In this document: positions 1 to 10,871 of the stretch, in pieces
How positions within the stretch are numbered: the first letter of the stretch is position 1
Layout of the letters: each line of letters starts with the position of its first letter
From: Verrucomicrobiota bacterium
GTDB lineage: Bacteria > Verrucomicrobiota > Verrucomicrobiia > Limisphaerales > JADLHS01
Direction: 5' to 3'
Assembly: GCA_039806955.1 (NCBI GenBank)
Contig: JBDHQI010000019.1
Location: forward strand, 3,707 to 67,706
DNA: 64,000 nucleotides
Position numbers and translations under genes: made by a program
Notes under the pieces: generated by a model
The model's input: only the letters and a program-made list of their open reading frames with translations
What the model was told of the DNA's origin: nothing
Database searches by the model: none

Positions 1-156
1 TTGTTCCCAAATCTGCTGGGTTTGGGCGATACCGCAGCGCGCGCGGCATTTGTCATTGATAAAAACGGCGTGGTGCAATATGCGGAGCAAACGCCGACGC
101 CGCACGACCTGCCCAATTTCGAGCAGGTGAAAGCAACTTTGGCGAAGCTGAAATAG
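1..156 (+). CDS. Peroxiredoxin/AhpC-TSA family protein, 3' part (truncated by window edge)
   Basis: Frame 1 reads LFPNLLGLGDTAARAAFVIDKNGVVQYAEQ...LPNFEQVKATLAKLK*; RAxFVIDKxGxV is the typical peroxiredoxin C-terminal motif. Confidence 0.75.
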   Translation: MFPNLLGLGDTAARAAFVIDKNGVVQYAEQTPTPHDLPNFEQVKATLAKLK

Positions 157-180
157 CTGCAACCGATTTCGGACCGGGTT

Positions 181-224
181 ATTCTTGGAGTGGAACTGGT
201 TTCCGCTCCAGGAATTTTGGTTTT
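181..224 (+). terminator. Intrinsic terminator after the peroxiredoxin gene
   Basis: 15-bp stem attcttggagtggaa/ttccgctccaggaat (with G-U pairs) followed by tttggtttt. Confidence 0.6.
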
Positions 225-239
225 CGGGGAAAAGCAAGC

Positions 240-268
240 TTGACGCGTGGAGAGAGCTTCTCTACGGT
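240..268 (+). promoter_or_regulatory. Putative sigma70 promoter of the nusA-infB operon
   Basis: ttgacg-N17-tacggt upstream of nusA. Confidence 0.55.
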
Positions 269-312
269 GCAGCTTAACGGTAAAGTTTGACGCTGGCAGC
301 CGCCGGCACGCG

Positions 313-347
313 AAGTCGGAAGAATAACCTCTGCCGACTTTTTTGTT
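313..347 (+). terminator. Leader terminator/attenuator hairpin upstream of nusA
   Basis: aagtcgg-a-aga(ataacc)tct-g-ccgactt followed by ttttgtt, between promoter and start codon. Confidence 0.6.
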
Positions 348-385
348 CCCCGCATGGGGAGAAACATGAGAGCGAGTGATTGGCC

Positions 386-1645
386 ATGAATGCTGACATT
401 TTAGCAGGATTAGAATTTTACGAGCGCGAAAAAGGCATCAGCCGGGAGGTGCTGGTGAACGCGGTGGAAGAAGCGTTGCTATCGGCGGCGAAAAAAGCCG
501 TCGGCCCGGCGCGTGAACTGCGCGTCACCATGGATTCCAAGAGCGGCAACATCAAGGCGTGGGCCAGATTGATCGTCGTGGAAAAGGTGATCTCCAAGCA
601 CGACCAGATTTCGCAATTTGACGCGCGGCGACTCAACCCGGACGCGCAGTTGGGAGACGAGCTGGAGGTGGAGGTGACGCCAACCGGCTTCGGTCGCATT
701 GCGGCGCAATACGCCAAGCAAGCCTTGATGCAGCAGGTGCGCCGCGCGGAGAAGGCAATGATCTTCTCCGAATTCAAGGATCGCGTGGGTGACATCATCA
801 GCGGTTCGGTGCGGCGTTTTGAGCGCTCCGACGTTTTTGTTGACCTGGGAAAATACGAGGCGCTGCTCCCCAACAAGGAGCGCGTGCCGACCGAGGAATA
901 TCAAATTGGCGAGCGGATTCGTTGCTACGTCAAAGCCGTCGAGCAAGGTCCGCACGGCCCGGAAATCATTCTCTCCCGGGCGGACCCGCGGTTTGTCATC
1001 AAGTTGTTTCAGGTGGAGGTCTCGGAAATCAACGACGGCACCATTGAAATCAAAGGCATTGCCCGCGAAGCGGGTTTCCGCACGAAGCTCGCGATTTATA
1101 CCCGCGATGAGAAAGTGGACCCCGTGGGCGCCTGCGTGGGCCTGCGCGGGCAGCGGGTGAAAAACATCGTGCGCGAACTGAACAACGAAAAGGTGGACAT
1201 CATCAAGTGGTCGCCCAACATCCGCGACTACGTGACGAACGCCCTGGCCCCGGCCAAGTTGAAAACATTTGAAATAGACGAAGCGAACCGGCGCGTAAAA
1301 ATCATGGTGAGCGAAGACCAGTTGTCGCTGGCCATCGGCAAGCGCGGTCAAAACGCCCGCCTCACCTCCAAACTTACCGGCTGGCAGGTGGACATTGAAG
1401 CGGAAGTGGTCGTGAACAAAGGCTTCGAGGAAAAAGTGGCCGAGGCCGTTGAACAGTTGGCGGCAATCGAGGGGATCAGTCGCGAACAAGCGGACGCGCT
1501 GGTTCATTCCGGTTTGACGCGGCTGGAGGATTTGTTGCTGGCGGACGAGGAAGATTTGCGGGAGATCCCGCAAATTGGCGATCAGGCGGAGTCTATTTTG
1601 AACGCCGCCCGCGCCGAATCCTTGCGCCGCACCCTGAATGTTTGA
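386..1645 (+). CDS. nusA: Transcription termination/antitermination factor NusA
   Basis: FGRIAAQ, S1 and KH domains (DPVGACVGLRGQRV, LSLAIGKRGQNARL), C-terminal HhH; ATG 386 (TTG 380 alternative). Confidence 0.98.
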   Translation: MNADILAGLEFYEREKGISREVLVNAVEEALLSAAKKAVGPARELRVTMDSKSGNIKAWARLIVVEKVISKHDQISQFDARRLNPDAQLGDELEVEVTPTGFGRIAAQYAKQALMQQVRRAEKAMIFSEFKDRVGDIISGSVRRFERSDVFVDLGKYEALLPNKERVPTEEYQIGERIRCYVKAVEQGPHGPEIILSRADPRFVIKLFQVEVSEINDGTIEIKGIAREAGFRTKLAIYTRDEKVDPVGACVGLRGQRVKNIVRELNNEKVDIIKWSPNIRDYVTNALAPAKLKTFEIDEANRRVKIMVSEDQLSLAIGKRGQNARLTSKLTGWQVDIEAEVVVNKGFEEKVAEAVEQLAAIEGISREQADALVHSGLTRLEDLLLADEEDLREIPQIGDQAESILNAARAESLRRTLNV

Positions 1646-1730
1646 TATGCGGTATCCGCGTGAAGCCGCGGGCCCGGGGTCTGACCGGTGACAACGATAA
1701 ACGCACTGCCGCGGTTCGTGTTGAAAAATT

Positions 1731-4259
1731 ATGCCCGTACGTATTTACGAAATCTCGAAGAAGCTCGGCCTGGAAAGCAAACAGATCCTCGCCAAAGCGA
1801 AGGAATTGGGCATCACCGCTAAAGCCGCCTCCAGTTCGCTCGATAAAATCACCGCGGAATATCTCGAAGAGCAACTTTGCCAGGCGTTCCCCGAAGCCAC
1901 GGCAAAACTGAAGCCGGTCACCACCACCACCACGCCCGAGCCGCCGCCCCCTCCCGTCGAACCGAAAATCGAAATCATCAAAGCACCCGAGCCCCCGCCA
2001 GAAGCGCCGGTCGCCACCGCTCCGGCTCCGGACGGAATCATCCCTACGCCCCCGCCAGCGGAAGACCTCACCCCCATCGTCTCAGAGACACCGACGCCGG
2101 TTGCGCCGACCGCGACCGAACCGGACGCGGCCGCCGGGGCAGATGCGCCCGTTGAAGCGCCACCCGAGAAACCGGTGACCCCGCCGCAACCACCCGAGCC
2201 GCCCAAACCGCAGATCGGACAAAAGGTCGGATTTATTCAATTAGCGCCACGACCTCAACCCCGGTCTGGTGACCGCGGCGCGCGCGGCCCCGGGCGCACC
2301 GGCTCATCTGGGGCCACTGAATTTACCCGACGCGGCGGCGCGCAACCGCCTCAACGCGGCGGCGGCGCTCGCGGAGGCCACACGGAATCCTTCCGGCGGG
2401 GCGCGCCGGGCGGAAAACCGACCAACGGCGCAAAACCCGCCGCCACCAAACCCGTGCTGCCGGCCAACGCGCAAGTCATCACGCTCAAACCGCCAATCGT
2501 CGTGCGCGAACTGGCGGAAGCACTCAAGCAAAAGCCCTTCAAGATCATCGCAGATTTGATGGAAGCGGGGGTCTTCGCCACCGTCAACCAGGCGATCGAG
2601 GAAAAAACGGCGGTGCAGGTTTGCGCCAAATACGGGGTTAAATTCGAAGTTGAAAAACGCGCCAAAGGCGAAGGCCAGGTTCACGCGCCGGTCAAAAAGA
2701 CCGAAATTGATATCGAGGACAAACCCGAACAGCTCAAGCCGCGTCCGCCCGTCGTCACCATCATGGGCCACGTGGACCACGGCAAAACCTCGCTGCTCGA
2801 TGTGATCCGCAAAGCCAATGTGGCCGCCGGCGAAGCGGGCGGAATCACGCAGCGCATCGGCGCTTACACAATTTCATTCCCGCATCCGGAACGCAAAAAC
2901 GAACTGCAGCAGATCACCTTTCTGGACACTCCCGGCCACGCCGCTTTCAGCTCGATGCGCGCGCGGGGGGCGAACGTCACCGATATCGTCGTTCTGGTGG
3001 TGGCCGCGAATGACGGCGTGATGCCGCAAACCCTGGAAGCGTTAAACCACGCCAAGGCGGCCAATGTCCCCATCCTGGTCGCGGTCAACAAATGCGATCA
3101 TCCGAACGCCAATCCGTTGAAGGTGCGCCAGCAATTGCAGGAAAAAGGGCTGACGCCGGATGATTGGGGCGGCGAGACGATTTTCGTGGATTGCTCCGCG
3201 CTGACCAAACAGGGCGTGGACAAACTGCTGGAGATGATTTTGCTCCAGGCCGACTTGCTGGAACTGAAGGCCAATCCCGACCGCAACGCCAAGGGCAACG
3301 TGATTGAATCGGGCATCGAACCCGGCGGCCCCATGGCCACCGTGCTCGTGCGCAAGGGCACCTTGCGCCGGGGCGACGTCATCATTTGCGATGAGTTCTA
3401 CGGCAAGGTGCGAGCGCTCATCAACGATGAAGGCAACCGCCTCGAAGCCGCCACACCGTCCATGGCGGTCCGCGTGCTGGGGCTGAACGGGGTGCCTGAA
3501 GCCGGGGTGGAATTTAGCGTTGTGGACGATGAACGCACGGCTCGCGAGCTGGCCGAGGAACGGCGGCTGGCCGGGCGGGCGGAAGATCTGGAAGCGCGCG
3601 CCAAGGTTACTTTGGAAAACCTGTTTGCCACCCTCGACGAACAACAGAGCAAAATTTTGAAAGTCGTCGTCAAGGCGGACACCCAGGGCTCGGTGGAAGC
3701 GATCGTTGACGCCTTGAACAAAATCGAAAGCGACAAGGTTTCGCTTGAGGTCATCCACAGCGACGTGGGCGCGATCACCGAAAGCGACGTGGCGCTCGCC
3801 TCGGCGTCCAAGGGCATCATTCTCGGGTTTCACACGCGCCTCAACAGTTCGGTGGCGGAGAAGGCAAAGCACGCCAACGTGCAGATCAAACTGTACGCCA
3901 TCATTTATGAACTGATTGATGAAGTAAAAGCCGGCATGGCGGGTTTGCTGGACCCGTTGAGCAAGGAAGTCGTGATCGGCGCCGCGGAAGTGCGCCAGGT
4001 TTTCAATCTCTCCAAAGGCACTCCGGTGGCCGGCTCGATGGTCACCAGCGGCCGCATCGCGCGCGGCAAAGTCCGCGTGCGCCGCCGGAAGGATGTCATT
4101 TACGAGGGCGTCACCCAGTCGCTCCGCCGGTTTCAAGATGAAGTCAACGAGGTGCGCGCGGGCCTCGAGTGCGGCATCCGCATTGAAGGCTTCACCGAAA
4201 TTGCCGAGGGCGACATCATCGAGTGCTACACGGTGGAAAAAGTGGCGCAAAAACTCTGA
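1731..4259 (+). CDS. infB: Translation initiation factor IF-2
   Basis: [14 protein letters not shown] and NKCD GTPase motifs; Pro-rich N-terminal linker. Confidence 0.98.
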   Translation: MPVRIYEISKKLGLESKQILAKAKELGITAKAASSSLDKITAEYLEEQLCQAFPEATAKLKPVTTTTTPEPPPPPVEPKIEIIKAPEPPPEAPVATAPAPDGIIPTPPPAEDLTPIVSETPTPVAPTATEPDAAAGADAPVEAPPEKPVTPPQPPEPPKPQIGQKVGFIQLAPRPQPRSGDRGARGPGRTGSSGATEFTRRGGAQPPQRGGGARGGHTESFRRGAPGGKPTNGAKPAATKPVLPANAQVITLKPPIVVRELAEALKQKPFKIIADLMEAGVFATVNQAIEEKTAVQVCAKYGVKFEVEKRAKGEGQVHAPVKKTEIDIEDKPEQLKPRPPVVTIMGHVDHGKTSLLDVIRKANVAAGEAGGITQRIGAYTISFPHPERKNELQQITFLDTPGHAAFSSMRARGANVTDIVVLVVAANDGVMPQTLEALNHAKAANVPILVAVNKCDHPNANPLKVRQQLQEKGLTPDDWGGETIFVDCSALTKQGVDKLLEMILLQADLLELKANPDRNAKGNVIESGIEPGGPMATVLVRKGTLRRGDVIICDEFYGKVRALINDEGNRLEAATPSMAVRVLGLNGVPEAGVEFSVVDDERTARELAEERRLAGRAEDLEARAKVTLENLFATLDEQQSKILKVVVKADTQGSVEAIVDALNKIESDKVSLEVIHSDVGAITESDVALASASKGIILGFHTRLNSSVAEKAKHANVQIKLYAIIYELIDEVKAGMAGLLDPLSKEVVIGAAEVRQVFNLSKGTPVAGSMVTSGRIARGKVRVRRRKDVIYEGVTQSLRRFQDEVNEVRAGLECGIRIEGFTEIAEGDIIECYTVEKVAQKL

Positions 4260-4276
4260 CCGCGCTGACGCCTGCC

Positions 4277-4666
4277 ATGCCCAGTCTGCGACACCAGCGA
4301 GTCCGCGAGCTATTGAAGCGCGCGGTCGGCGAGGCCATCCGTCGCGAATTCAGCCTGGAGGACGTCGGTCTGATATCGGTGAACGACGTCGAATGTTCCG
4401 GTGATCTGAAATCCGCAGTCGTGTATTTCAGCATCCTGGGCAACGCGGACCAGCAAAAGCGCGGGCGGCTCCGGTTGGGGGAGCAGCGCATCCGCATCCA
4501 GGAACTCGTGGCGGCGTCCGTCGTCCTCAAATACACGCCAAAACTTAAATTTGTGGTGGATGACGCCATCGCCCGTGGGGATCGCGTCATGCAAATCCTG
4601 ACCGAACTCGAAAACACATCCGCACCCGACGTTTCATCACCAGACAACCAGTCGTCCGACCGTTAA
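4277..4666 (+). CDS. rbfA: Ribosome-binding factor A
   Basis: RxxRVxELLKR...DLKSAVVYFS...LKYTPKLKFVVD; follows infB. Confidence 0.92.
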   Translation: MPSLRHQRVRELLKRAVGEAIRREFSLEDVGLISVNDVECSGDLKSAVVYFSILGNADQQKRGRLRLGEQRIRIQELVAASVVLKYTPKLKFVVDDAIARGDRVMQILTELENTSAPDVSSPDNQSSDR

Positions 4667-5649
4667 TGAAATCGCAGGCGAAACTCATCGAAGAAATTCT
4701 CACCGCCATCAAACAGGCCGAGACGATCTGCATCGTCGGACACCTGCGCCCGGATGGCGATTGCATCGGCTCCCAACTGGGATTGATGCAGGCTTTGCAG
4801 GCTGACGGCAAGCGGGTCGTCTGCTGGAATCAGGACGCGATGCCGCTGAAATACCGGTTTCTGGATGCCGCCAACCACTTCGCCAAACCGAAGGCGGGCC
4901 AGCAATTTGATCTGGTGATCGCGGTGGATTGCGCGAGCCTGGAACGGCTGGGCACGGTGGCCCGGTTCGTCACCCGACGCCGGCGGTTGATCAACATTGA
5001 CCATCACGAAAGCAACACGCGCTACGGCGACATCAACTGGGTCTCGGCGCGCGAACCCTCCACCGGGGAACTGATCTATCACTTGATGAAGACCGCGGGC
5101 TGGCCCGTCACGAAGGCCATTGCGGATTGCCTGTTCACCGCCGTCAGCACCGATACCGGCTCATTTCAATACGCCAGCACCCGGCCCGGCACGTTCCACG
5201 TCGGCGCGGAACTGGTGACGCATGGCGCCAATCTAGCCCGGATTTGCCACGAGGTTTATCAATCGTTTCCACTCGCCCGGGTGCGCCTGCTCAAACACGT
5301 TTACAATAAATTCAAACTGACCCACGATGATCGTGTCGCCTATTTTTGGTTGAAAAAAGTGGACCTCGCGCGCACGGGCGCGGGCAGCAGTGACACGGAG
5401 GGATTGATTGATCATATCCGGGCCATTGAACCGGTCGTGGTCGCCTGTGTATTTGAGGAATTCGAGCCGGAACAAATCCGGATCAGTCTGCGCTCGAAAT
5501 GCAAACGCGTGAATGTGAACGATATTTGCCGCCAGTTCGGCGGCGGCGGCCACTCGGCGGCGGCGGGCGCCTTGATTACGGGCCGGCCAATGGCCATCCA
5601 GCGCCGCGTCATTGCCGCGATTAAAAAAGCCATCAATTCCGCAACCTGA
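4666..5649 (+). CDS. nrnA: DHH/DHHA1 phosphoesterase (NrnA-like nanoRNase/pAp phosphatase)
   Basis: HLRPDGDC, IDHH, STDTGSF and GGGGH motifs; usual rbfA-DHH-truB context. Confidence 0.85.
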   Translation: MKSQAKLIEEILTAIKQAETICIVGHLRPDGDCIGSQLGLMQALQADGKRVVCWNQDAMPLKYRFLDAANHFAKPKAGQQFDLVIAVDCASLERLGTVARFVTRRRRLINIDHHESNTRYGDINWVSAREPSTGELIYHLMKTAGWPVTKAIADCLFTAVSTDTGSFQYASTRPGTFHVGAELVTHGANLARICHEVYQSFPLARVRLLKHVYNKFKLTHDDRVAYFWLKKVDLARTGAGSSDTEGLIDHIRAIEPVVVACVFEEFEPEQIRISLRSKCKRVNVNDICRQFGGGGHSAAAGALITGRPMAIQRRVIAAIKKAINSAT

Positions 5650-5655
5650 CCGCAC

Positions 5656-6372
5656 ATGCAAGATTTCTCCGCGCTTGATGGCGCGCTGCTCGTTGACAAA
5701 CCAGCCGGGCCCACTTCGCACGATGTGGTGGATGTCATTCGCCGCAAGTTTGGCCTGAAAAAAGTCGGGCACTGCGGCACTTTGGACCCCAACGCCACTG
5801 GCCTGCTGATCATCGTTCTCGGGCGCGGCACCAAGTTATCCGAACGCCTGATGGGGGATGACAAGGTTTATGCCGGCACAATCAAATTTGGCGAAAGCAC
5901 GGACAGCCACGACGCCGCCGGACAATTGATCGCTTCCCTGCCGGTGCCGCCGCTGACGTTGGAACAATTGAACGCGGAAGCAGCGACTTTTCTCGGCGAC
6001 CAAATGCAGATGCCGCCGATGGTTTCGGCAATCAAAAAGGCGGGCGTGCCGCTGTACAAACTCGCGCGCAAAGGCGTGGAAGTGGAACGCGAAGCGCGCC
6101 TCATCCACATCTACAGCTTCCGCTTCACGGAATACACCGAACCGCTGGGCAAATTCAAGCTGGCCTGCACCAAGGGCACTTACATCCGCAAGATCGCCCA
6201 CGATCTGGGGGCGCGCCTCGGTTGTGGCGCGCATTTGACGGCCTTGCGCCGCACCGTTTCGGGGCAATTTGACGTTGCCGACGCCATCGCGCTGGACGCG
6301 CTGCTGGACGCATCAACCGCGGCATTGGAAAAGCGCGTGATTCCTTTTCTGAAATTGGTCGGTTCGGCTTGA
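5656..6372 (+). CDS. truB: tRNA pseudouridine(55) synthase
   Basis: KVGHCGTLDP, PPMVSAIK, KGTYIR motifs. Confidence 0.96.
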   Translation: MQDFSALDGALLVDKPAGPTSHDVVDVIRRKFGLKKVGHCGTLDPNATGLLIIVLGRGTKLSERLMGDDKVYAGTIKFGESTDSHDAAGQLIASLPVPPLTLEQLNAEAATFLGDQMQMPPMVSAIKKAGVPLYKLARKGVEVEREARLIHIYSFRFTEYTEPLGKFKLACTKGTYIRKIAHDLGARLGCGAHLTALRRTVSGQFDVADAIALDALLDASTAALEKRVIPFLKLVGSA

Positions 6373-6477
6373 ATTTGAAACCGCACCCTCCCGGGACGCC
6401 AAACTTTCGCGCCACGGGAAATTCAACTTCGTTCTTAATTTGCATCTGACTTTTTATCATAATGGAGCTTGCTGTTG

Positions 6478-7401
6478 ATGAAGCTCATTCACGCCGCCAG
6501 AGACCTCGCACCGGGCCAGCGCAAAATCTGCCTGGCCATCGGGGTTTTTGATGGCGTGCATCTCGGTCATCAACAGATCATCCGGCAGACGGTCAGCGAC
6601 GCGCAGCAGTCCGGTGCCGTGGCGCTGGTGATTACTTTTGATCGGCATCCAAACGCCATCGTCGCGCCCAGTCGCGTGCCCCCGCTGATTTATTCAGGCC
6701 CGCAAAAGCAACGAGCGATTGAAGCCCTCGGCGCCGAGGCGTTGCTTGAAATTCCCTTCGACCGCGAGTTCAGTCAGTTGACCGGCGAAGCGTTCGTCCG
6801 CCAGTTGCGGCGCGAGCTGGGAACGATCCAGAGCATCTGCGTGGGAGCGGATTTTTTGTTTGGCCATAAGCGAAGTGGCGACGTTCCCCTGCTCCACCGC
6901 TTGGGTCGCGAGTTGCAATTCCAGGTGCATGGTCTGGCGGCGGTTTCCCTGGCGGGTCAAATCGTCAGCAGCACCCGGATTCGCAAGACCATTCGCGCGG
7001 GACATTTCGAGGCCGCGAGTCAAATGCTCGGACGCCCCTACGCCATCGCGGGCCGCGTCGTCCACGGAGATCAGTTGGGACATCAGATCGGTTTTCCCAC
7101 CGCGAATCTCGATACGACCGGAAGGCTGCTGCCGCCGCAAGGAGTTTATGCCGCCTCCGTCCAACTGGCGCGGCAAACCTTGCGGGCGGCGGTCAACATC
7201 GGCATTCGCCCCACGCTCCAACAGCCCGATCCGGGGCCGCGCGTTGAAGTGCATCTGCTCGATTTTCAGGGCGACCTTTACGGGCAGGAACTGGAAATAA
7301 TCCTGGTGAACAAGCTGCGCGATGAGCAGCGCTTTGCCTCGCTCGAAATTCTCCAGGCACAAATTCAACGAGACGTGCTCGCCGCGCGCGCGGCCTTTTA
7401 A
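6478..7401 (+). CDS. ribF: Bifunctional riboflavin kinase/FAD synthetase
   Basis: GVFDGVHLGHQ, VSSTRIR, GFPTANL motifs. Confidence 0.96.
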   Translation: MKLIHAARDLAPGQRKICLAIGVFDGVHLGHQQIIRQTVSDAQQSGAVALVITFDRHPNAIVAPSRVPPLIYSGPQKQRAIEALGAEALLEIPFDREFSQLTGEAFVRQLRRELGTIQSICVGADFLFGHKRSGDVPLLHRLGRELQFQVHGLAAVSLAGQIVSSTRIRKTIRAGHFEAASQMLGRPYAIAGRVVHGDQLGHQIGFPTANLDTTGRLLPPQGVYAASVQLARQTLRAAVNIGIRPTLQQPDPGPRVEVHLLDFQGDLYGQELEIILVNKLRDEQRFASLEILQAQIQRDVLAARAAF

Positions 7402-7509
7402 TTCCATCCCACCGTGCCATGAACCAGTTTCCCGCCTCCCCAATCGTCCCCGGTTCCGTCGCCAGACAATGCCGCGAATGCGGATTGGCCATGATCAATC
7501 CTCCACGCC

Positions 7510-9615
7510 ATGTTTGATCTCAGCACGCTCAATCCACCGCAGCGTTTGGCCGTTGAAACCATCAACGGTCCGGTGCTGATCCTGGCGGGCGCGGGCACGG
7601 GCAAGACGCGCGTGATCACCCACCGGATCGCCTATTTGATTCGACGCAAGATCGCCCCGGAAAACATCCTCGCCGTCACGTTTACCAATAAAGCCGCGCG
7701 CGAAATGCAGGCGCGCATCCGCCCGCTCCTTCCGAAATCCCTGATAACCTCAACGGCCAACGGTTCTGATCGGGCTTCAACCGCGCGCCAACGTCCGACC
7801 ATCTGCACCTTCCACTCGCTCTGCGTGCGGATTTTGCGGCGACACATTGAAAAACTCGGCTACAAACGCGACTTCGTCATTTATGACGAGTCGGAGCAAC
7901 TTGGCGCGGTCAAAAAAATTCTCGCCGGTATTTCGACTCGCGGCGAGAAGGCCGACCCTGCCGCCGTCCTGACCTTGTTGAGCCGGTTCAAGAACAGCGC
8001 TGGCCGCGCTCTCGCCGGAGCCGACTCGGAAGCCTATGCGCTCGCGCAACACATCGCCCAGCGTTACGAATCCGCCTTGCGCGCCTGTAACGCGGTGGAT
8101 TTCGATGATCTGATTTTGCTGACGCTGCGGTTGTTTCGCGAACACGCCGACGCGCTGGAAGCCTGTCGCCAACAGTATCGCTACGTCATGGTGGACGAGT
8201 ATCAGGACACCAACGCGGCGCAGTTTGAGCTGGTCCACGCCCTGACCCAAAAGCACCGCAATTTTTGCGTGGTGGGCGACGACGACCAAAGCATTTACGG
8301 TTGGCGCGGCGCGGAAATCGCAAACCTGCTCAATTTGGAGCAGCATTTTCCCGAGGTAAAACTCATCAAGCTGGAGCAGAATTATCGCTCGACCAATACC
8401 ATCCTGACCGCCGCCAATGCGCTCATTAAAAATAACGTCCGGCGACGGGCCAAAACGCTCTGGTCAACGAAAGGCACGGGCGCGAAGGTTTTACTCCGCC
8501 ACTTTGCAACCGATGAAGAGGAGGCGCGGGAAACGGTCGCCGCCATAGAGTTCAAGCGGCTGGCACAGCGAACGCCCTGGTCGGACCACGCCATTCTGTT
8601 CCGCACGAATCAGCAATCGCGCCCTCTGGAAACGGCCTTGCGCGCCGCTGGCGTTCGCTATCATCTGATTGGCGGACAAAGCTTTTTTGACCGACGCGAG
8701 ATTCGCGATCTACTCGCCTACTTGAAGACATTTCTCAATCCGCACGATGACATCAGCCTGTTGCGCATCGCCAACGTGCCGGCGCGCGGATTGAGCGATG
8801 CCACCAGGGAACAACTGCTCGCGGCCAGCCAGGAACGCGGCAGCTCGGTTTTTGCCACCCTGAAGAATCCCGTGGCCACGACCGCGCTGCCCGCGCGAAC
8901 ACAAAGCGCCATTGCGTCCTTTGTCGCGCTGGTCGAGCAACACCAAAACGCGCTGAAACACTTGGGAATGCCGACATCCGCCCGCCCGCCGAGTGATCCC
9001 AAAGTTGCGCCGGATGCGAGCAATGGCTCGCTGGCGGGCTGGACGGACCAACTGCTGACGCAACTCGGTTATTATGCCGAATTGCGGCGGCTGGAGAAGC
9101 AGCCCGAATCCGCGGAAAACCGCGTGCGCAATTTGAAGGATTTTATCGCGACGATGGACGATCACGTCACGCCGGGCACGCCCTTGTCGGATCAACTGCT
9201 CGAATTTCTGGAAACCGTCACGCTCGACCCGAGCCGGGATGACGACCAGGAAACCGCGCACAACGCCGTGACGCTGATTACCATTCACTCGTGCAAAGGC
9301 TTGGAGTTTCCGCACGTTTACTTGGTGGGTTTGGAGGAGGGTTTACTCCCGCACTCGCGCTCCAAGACTGAAGGCACGTTGGATGAAGAACGCCGGTTGC
9401 TCTATGTGGCCGTGACGCGCGCGATGGCCAGTTTGACCATGAGCCATTGCGCCGGGCGTAAAAAATACGGGCAGGTCCTGCCTTGCCACCCATCGCAATT
9501 TCTCAAGGAATTTCCTCCGGAACTGATCGAAATCGAATCCGGGAAAAATAAGAAACCGGTCTCGCAGGACACGGGTAAGAACCTGTTTGCGGCCATGCGC
9601 CAAGCGGTTCAATAA
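7510..9615 (+). CDS. UvrD/Rep/PcrA family SF1 DNA helicase
   Basis: LAGAGTGKT, VDEYQDTN, VGDDDQSIYGWRGA, KGLEF, EERRLLYVAVTRA. Confidence 0.95.
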   Translation: MFDLSTLNPPQRLAVETINGPVLILAGAGTGKTRVITHRIAYLIRRKIAPENILAVTFTNKAAREMQARIRPLLPKSLITSTANGSDRASTARQRPTICTFHSLCVRILRRHIEKLGYKRDFVIYDESEQLGAVKKILAGISTRGEKADPAAVLTLLSRFKNSAGRALAGADSEAYALAQHIAQRYESALRACNAVDFDDLILLTLRLFREHADALEACRQQYRYVMVDEYQDTNAAQFELVHALTQKHRNFCVVGDDDQSIYGWRGAEIANLLNLEQHFPEVKLIKLEQNYRSTNTILTAANALIKNNVRRRAKTLWSTKGTGAKVLLRHFATDEEEARETVAAIEFKRLAQRTPWSDHAILFRTNQQSRPLETALRAAGVRYHLIGGQSFFDRREIRDLLAYLKTFLNPHDDISLLRIANVPARGLSDATREQLLAASQERGSSVFATLKNPVATTALPARTQSAIASFVALVEQHQNALKHLGMPTSARPPSDPKVAPDASNGSLAGWTDQLLTQLGYYAELRRLEKQPESAENRVRNLKDFIATMDDHVTPGTPLSDQLLEFLETVTLDPSRDDDQETAHNAVTLITIHSCKGLEFPHVYLVGLEEGLLPHSRSKTEGTLDEERRLLYVAVTRAMASLTMSHCAGRKKYGQVLPCHPSQFLKEFPPELIEIESGKNKKPVSQDTGKNLFAAMRQAVQ

Positions 9616-9760
9616 CTGCGACCGCCTTCGCGCCAACCCAAAAAATCAACGGCCCAGGGCAATCCCCGGGGGCAAAGTTTCGTTTTTCCGGAGCGCCAAA
9701 TCCGGCATCCCCTCATGGCGAATTCAACCGGGCGGGGTAAAGTGATCGCGTAATTGAATT

Positions 9761-10168
9761 ATGGACGCCGATCAAACGCTCATCTGCCAATACCTGAAAC
9801 AGTCCCCTGATGATTTCGTTTCGCGGAAGGAAATTTGCCGCCGCGCCGGAGGCAAGTGGCGCTACCGGGAAGATGAACATTGGGCCGTACCGGGGCTGCG
9901 CCAGTTGGTGGAGCGGAACTTGGTGGAATCCAATGACACCGGCCACTTCCGCTTGATCAAGGAAGGCAGCAAAAACTCTGGCGGCAAACAACGCTTCTGG
10001 TTCTCCCCGACCATTCGTTCAGTACTCAAGCAAAGCGGCCAGGATTTTGGCACCATTGATTTGGATGGCGAACCGGAAACAGCCGAACAAATGGCCAGCG
10101 CCAGCCCGTTGCTGGAGTATCAAAGCCAAGCTCCGTTTGGTGGTGCCGGCGGCAGCCAGGGAAATTAA
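9761..10168 (+). CDS. Hypothetical protein with a winged-helix-like N-terminal domain
   Basis: ATG-initiated ORF; pattern ICQYLK...SRKEICRRAG...LRQLVERNLVE...GHFRL resembles wHTH. Confidence 0.55.
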   Translation: MDADQTLICQYLKQSPDDFVSRKEICRRAGGKWRYREDEHWAVPGLRQLVERNLVESNDTGHFRLIKEGSKNSGGKQRFWFSPTIRSVLKQSGQDFGTIDLDGEPETAEQMASASPLLEYQSQAPFGGAGGSQGN

Positions 10169-10202
10169 CCCTCCTTGGCACACATCCGGCTCAGTCCCGG
10201 AC

Positions 10203-10766
10203 ATGGCGGCAAAACCATGGAGCATCGTCACCCTCGGTCGGCTGGTCGGATTTGGCATTGGCTTGGGGCTGTTTTTTCTGCTGATTCTCGTCTCCGAACG
10301 CGGATTCGTTTTTCTGGTTGACCACGCGAACCTTCTATTCCACGAAGCGGGACATCCCCTGATTGGTTTATTGAGCCACCGCTTGGAAACCTATGGCGGC
10401 ACCATCGGGCAGTTGTTCTTTCCCGTGGCGCTGGCCGTCCATTTTTGGCGTAAAAATCAGACGCTTTCCTTCGCGGGCGCATGGATTTGGTTTTTTGAAA
10501 ACTGGTTGAACATCGCCCGCTATCTGGCCGACGCACGCGCACAAGTGCTGCCGTTAGTCGGCGGTGGCGATCACGATTGGCATCGCATCCTCAGCCGCTG
10601 GAATCTGCTGGCCTACGACACCACGATCGCCACGATCCTGCAAATGGTTGGTTGGATTGGAATGATGGCGGCGGCGGGTTGGGTTGGCTGGCGCGCCTGG
10701 CAGGATCGCCAGCGTCCGGCACCTGATCCATTCGCCTCACTCGCGACGCTTTCCAAGGGGGCATAG
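10203..10766 (+). CDS. Membrane protein with HExxH motif (M50-like metallopeptidase)
   Basis: Several hydrophobic segments, LLFHEAGH and a downstream HDW. Confidence 0.6.
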   Translation: MAAKPWSIVTLGRLVGFGIGLGLFFLLILVSERGFVFLVDHANLLFHEAGHPLIGLLSHRLETYGGTIGQLFFPVALAVHFWRKNQTLSFAGAWIWFFENWLNIARYLADARAQVLPLVGGGDHDWHRILSRWNLLAYDTTIATILQMVGWIGMMAAAGWVGWRAWQDRQRPAPDPFASLATLSKGA

Positions 10767-10871
10767 GCTCCTGAGAGGGATGGTCCATTTGTCACGCGCA
10801 CGGGCGGAACAACATTTGCCCCACCACAATTGATGCTCGCGATGAGCTTCGATCCGCCCATCAGACCGGGA

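Noticed and set aside
1900-2470. Pro/Thr/Ala- and Gly/Arg-rich low-complexity stretch
   Set aside because: Normal variable N-terminal linker of IF-2, not a tandem-repeat element
479-4250. Long antisense ORFs (479-1573, 3042-4250) opposite nusA and infB, and similar ones elsewhere (51012-52223, 47223-48242, 45274-46050)
   Set aside because: Shadow ORFs produced by GC-rich codon bias on the coding strand; no recognisable motifs
6373-6477. Possible FMN riboswitch upstream of ribF
   Set aside because: Too short and lacks the conserved RFN motifs
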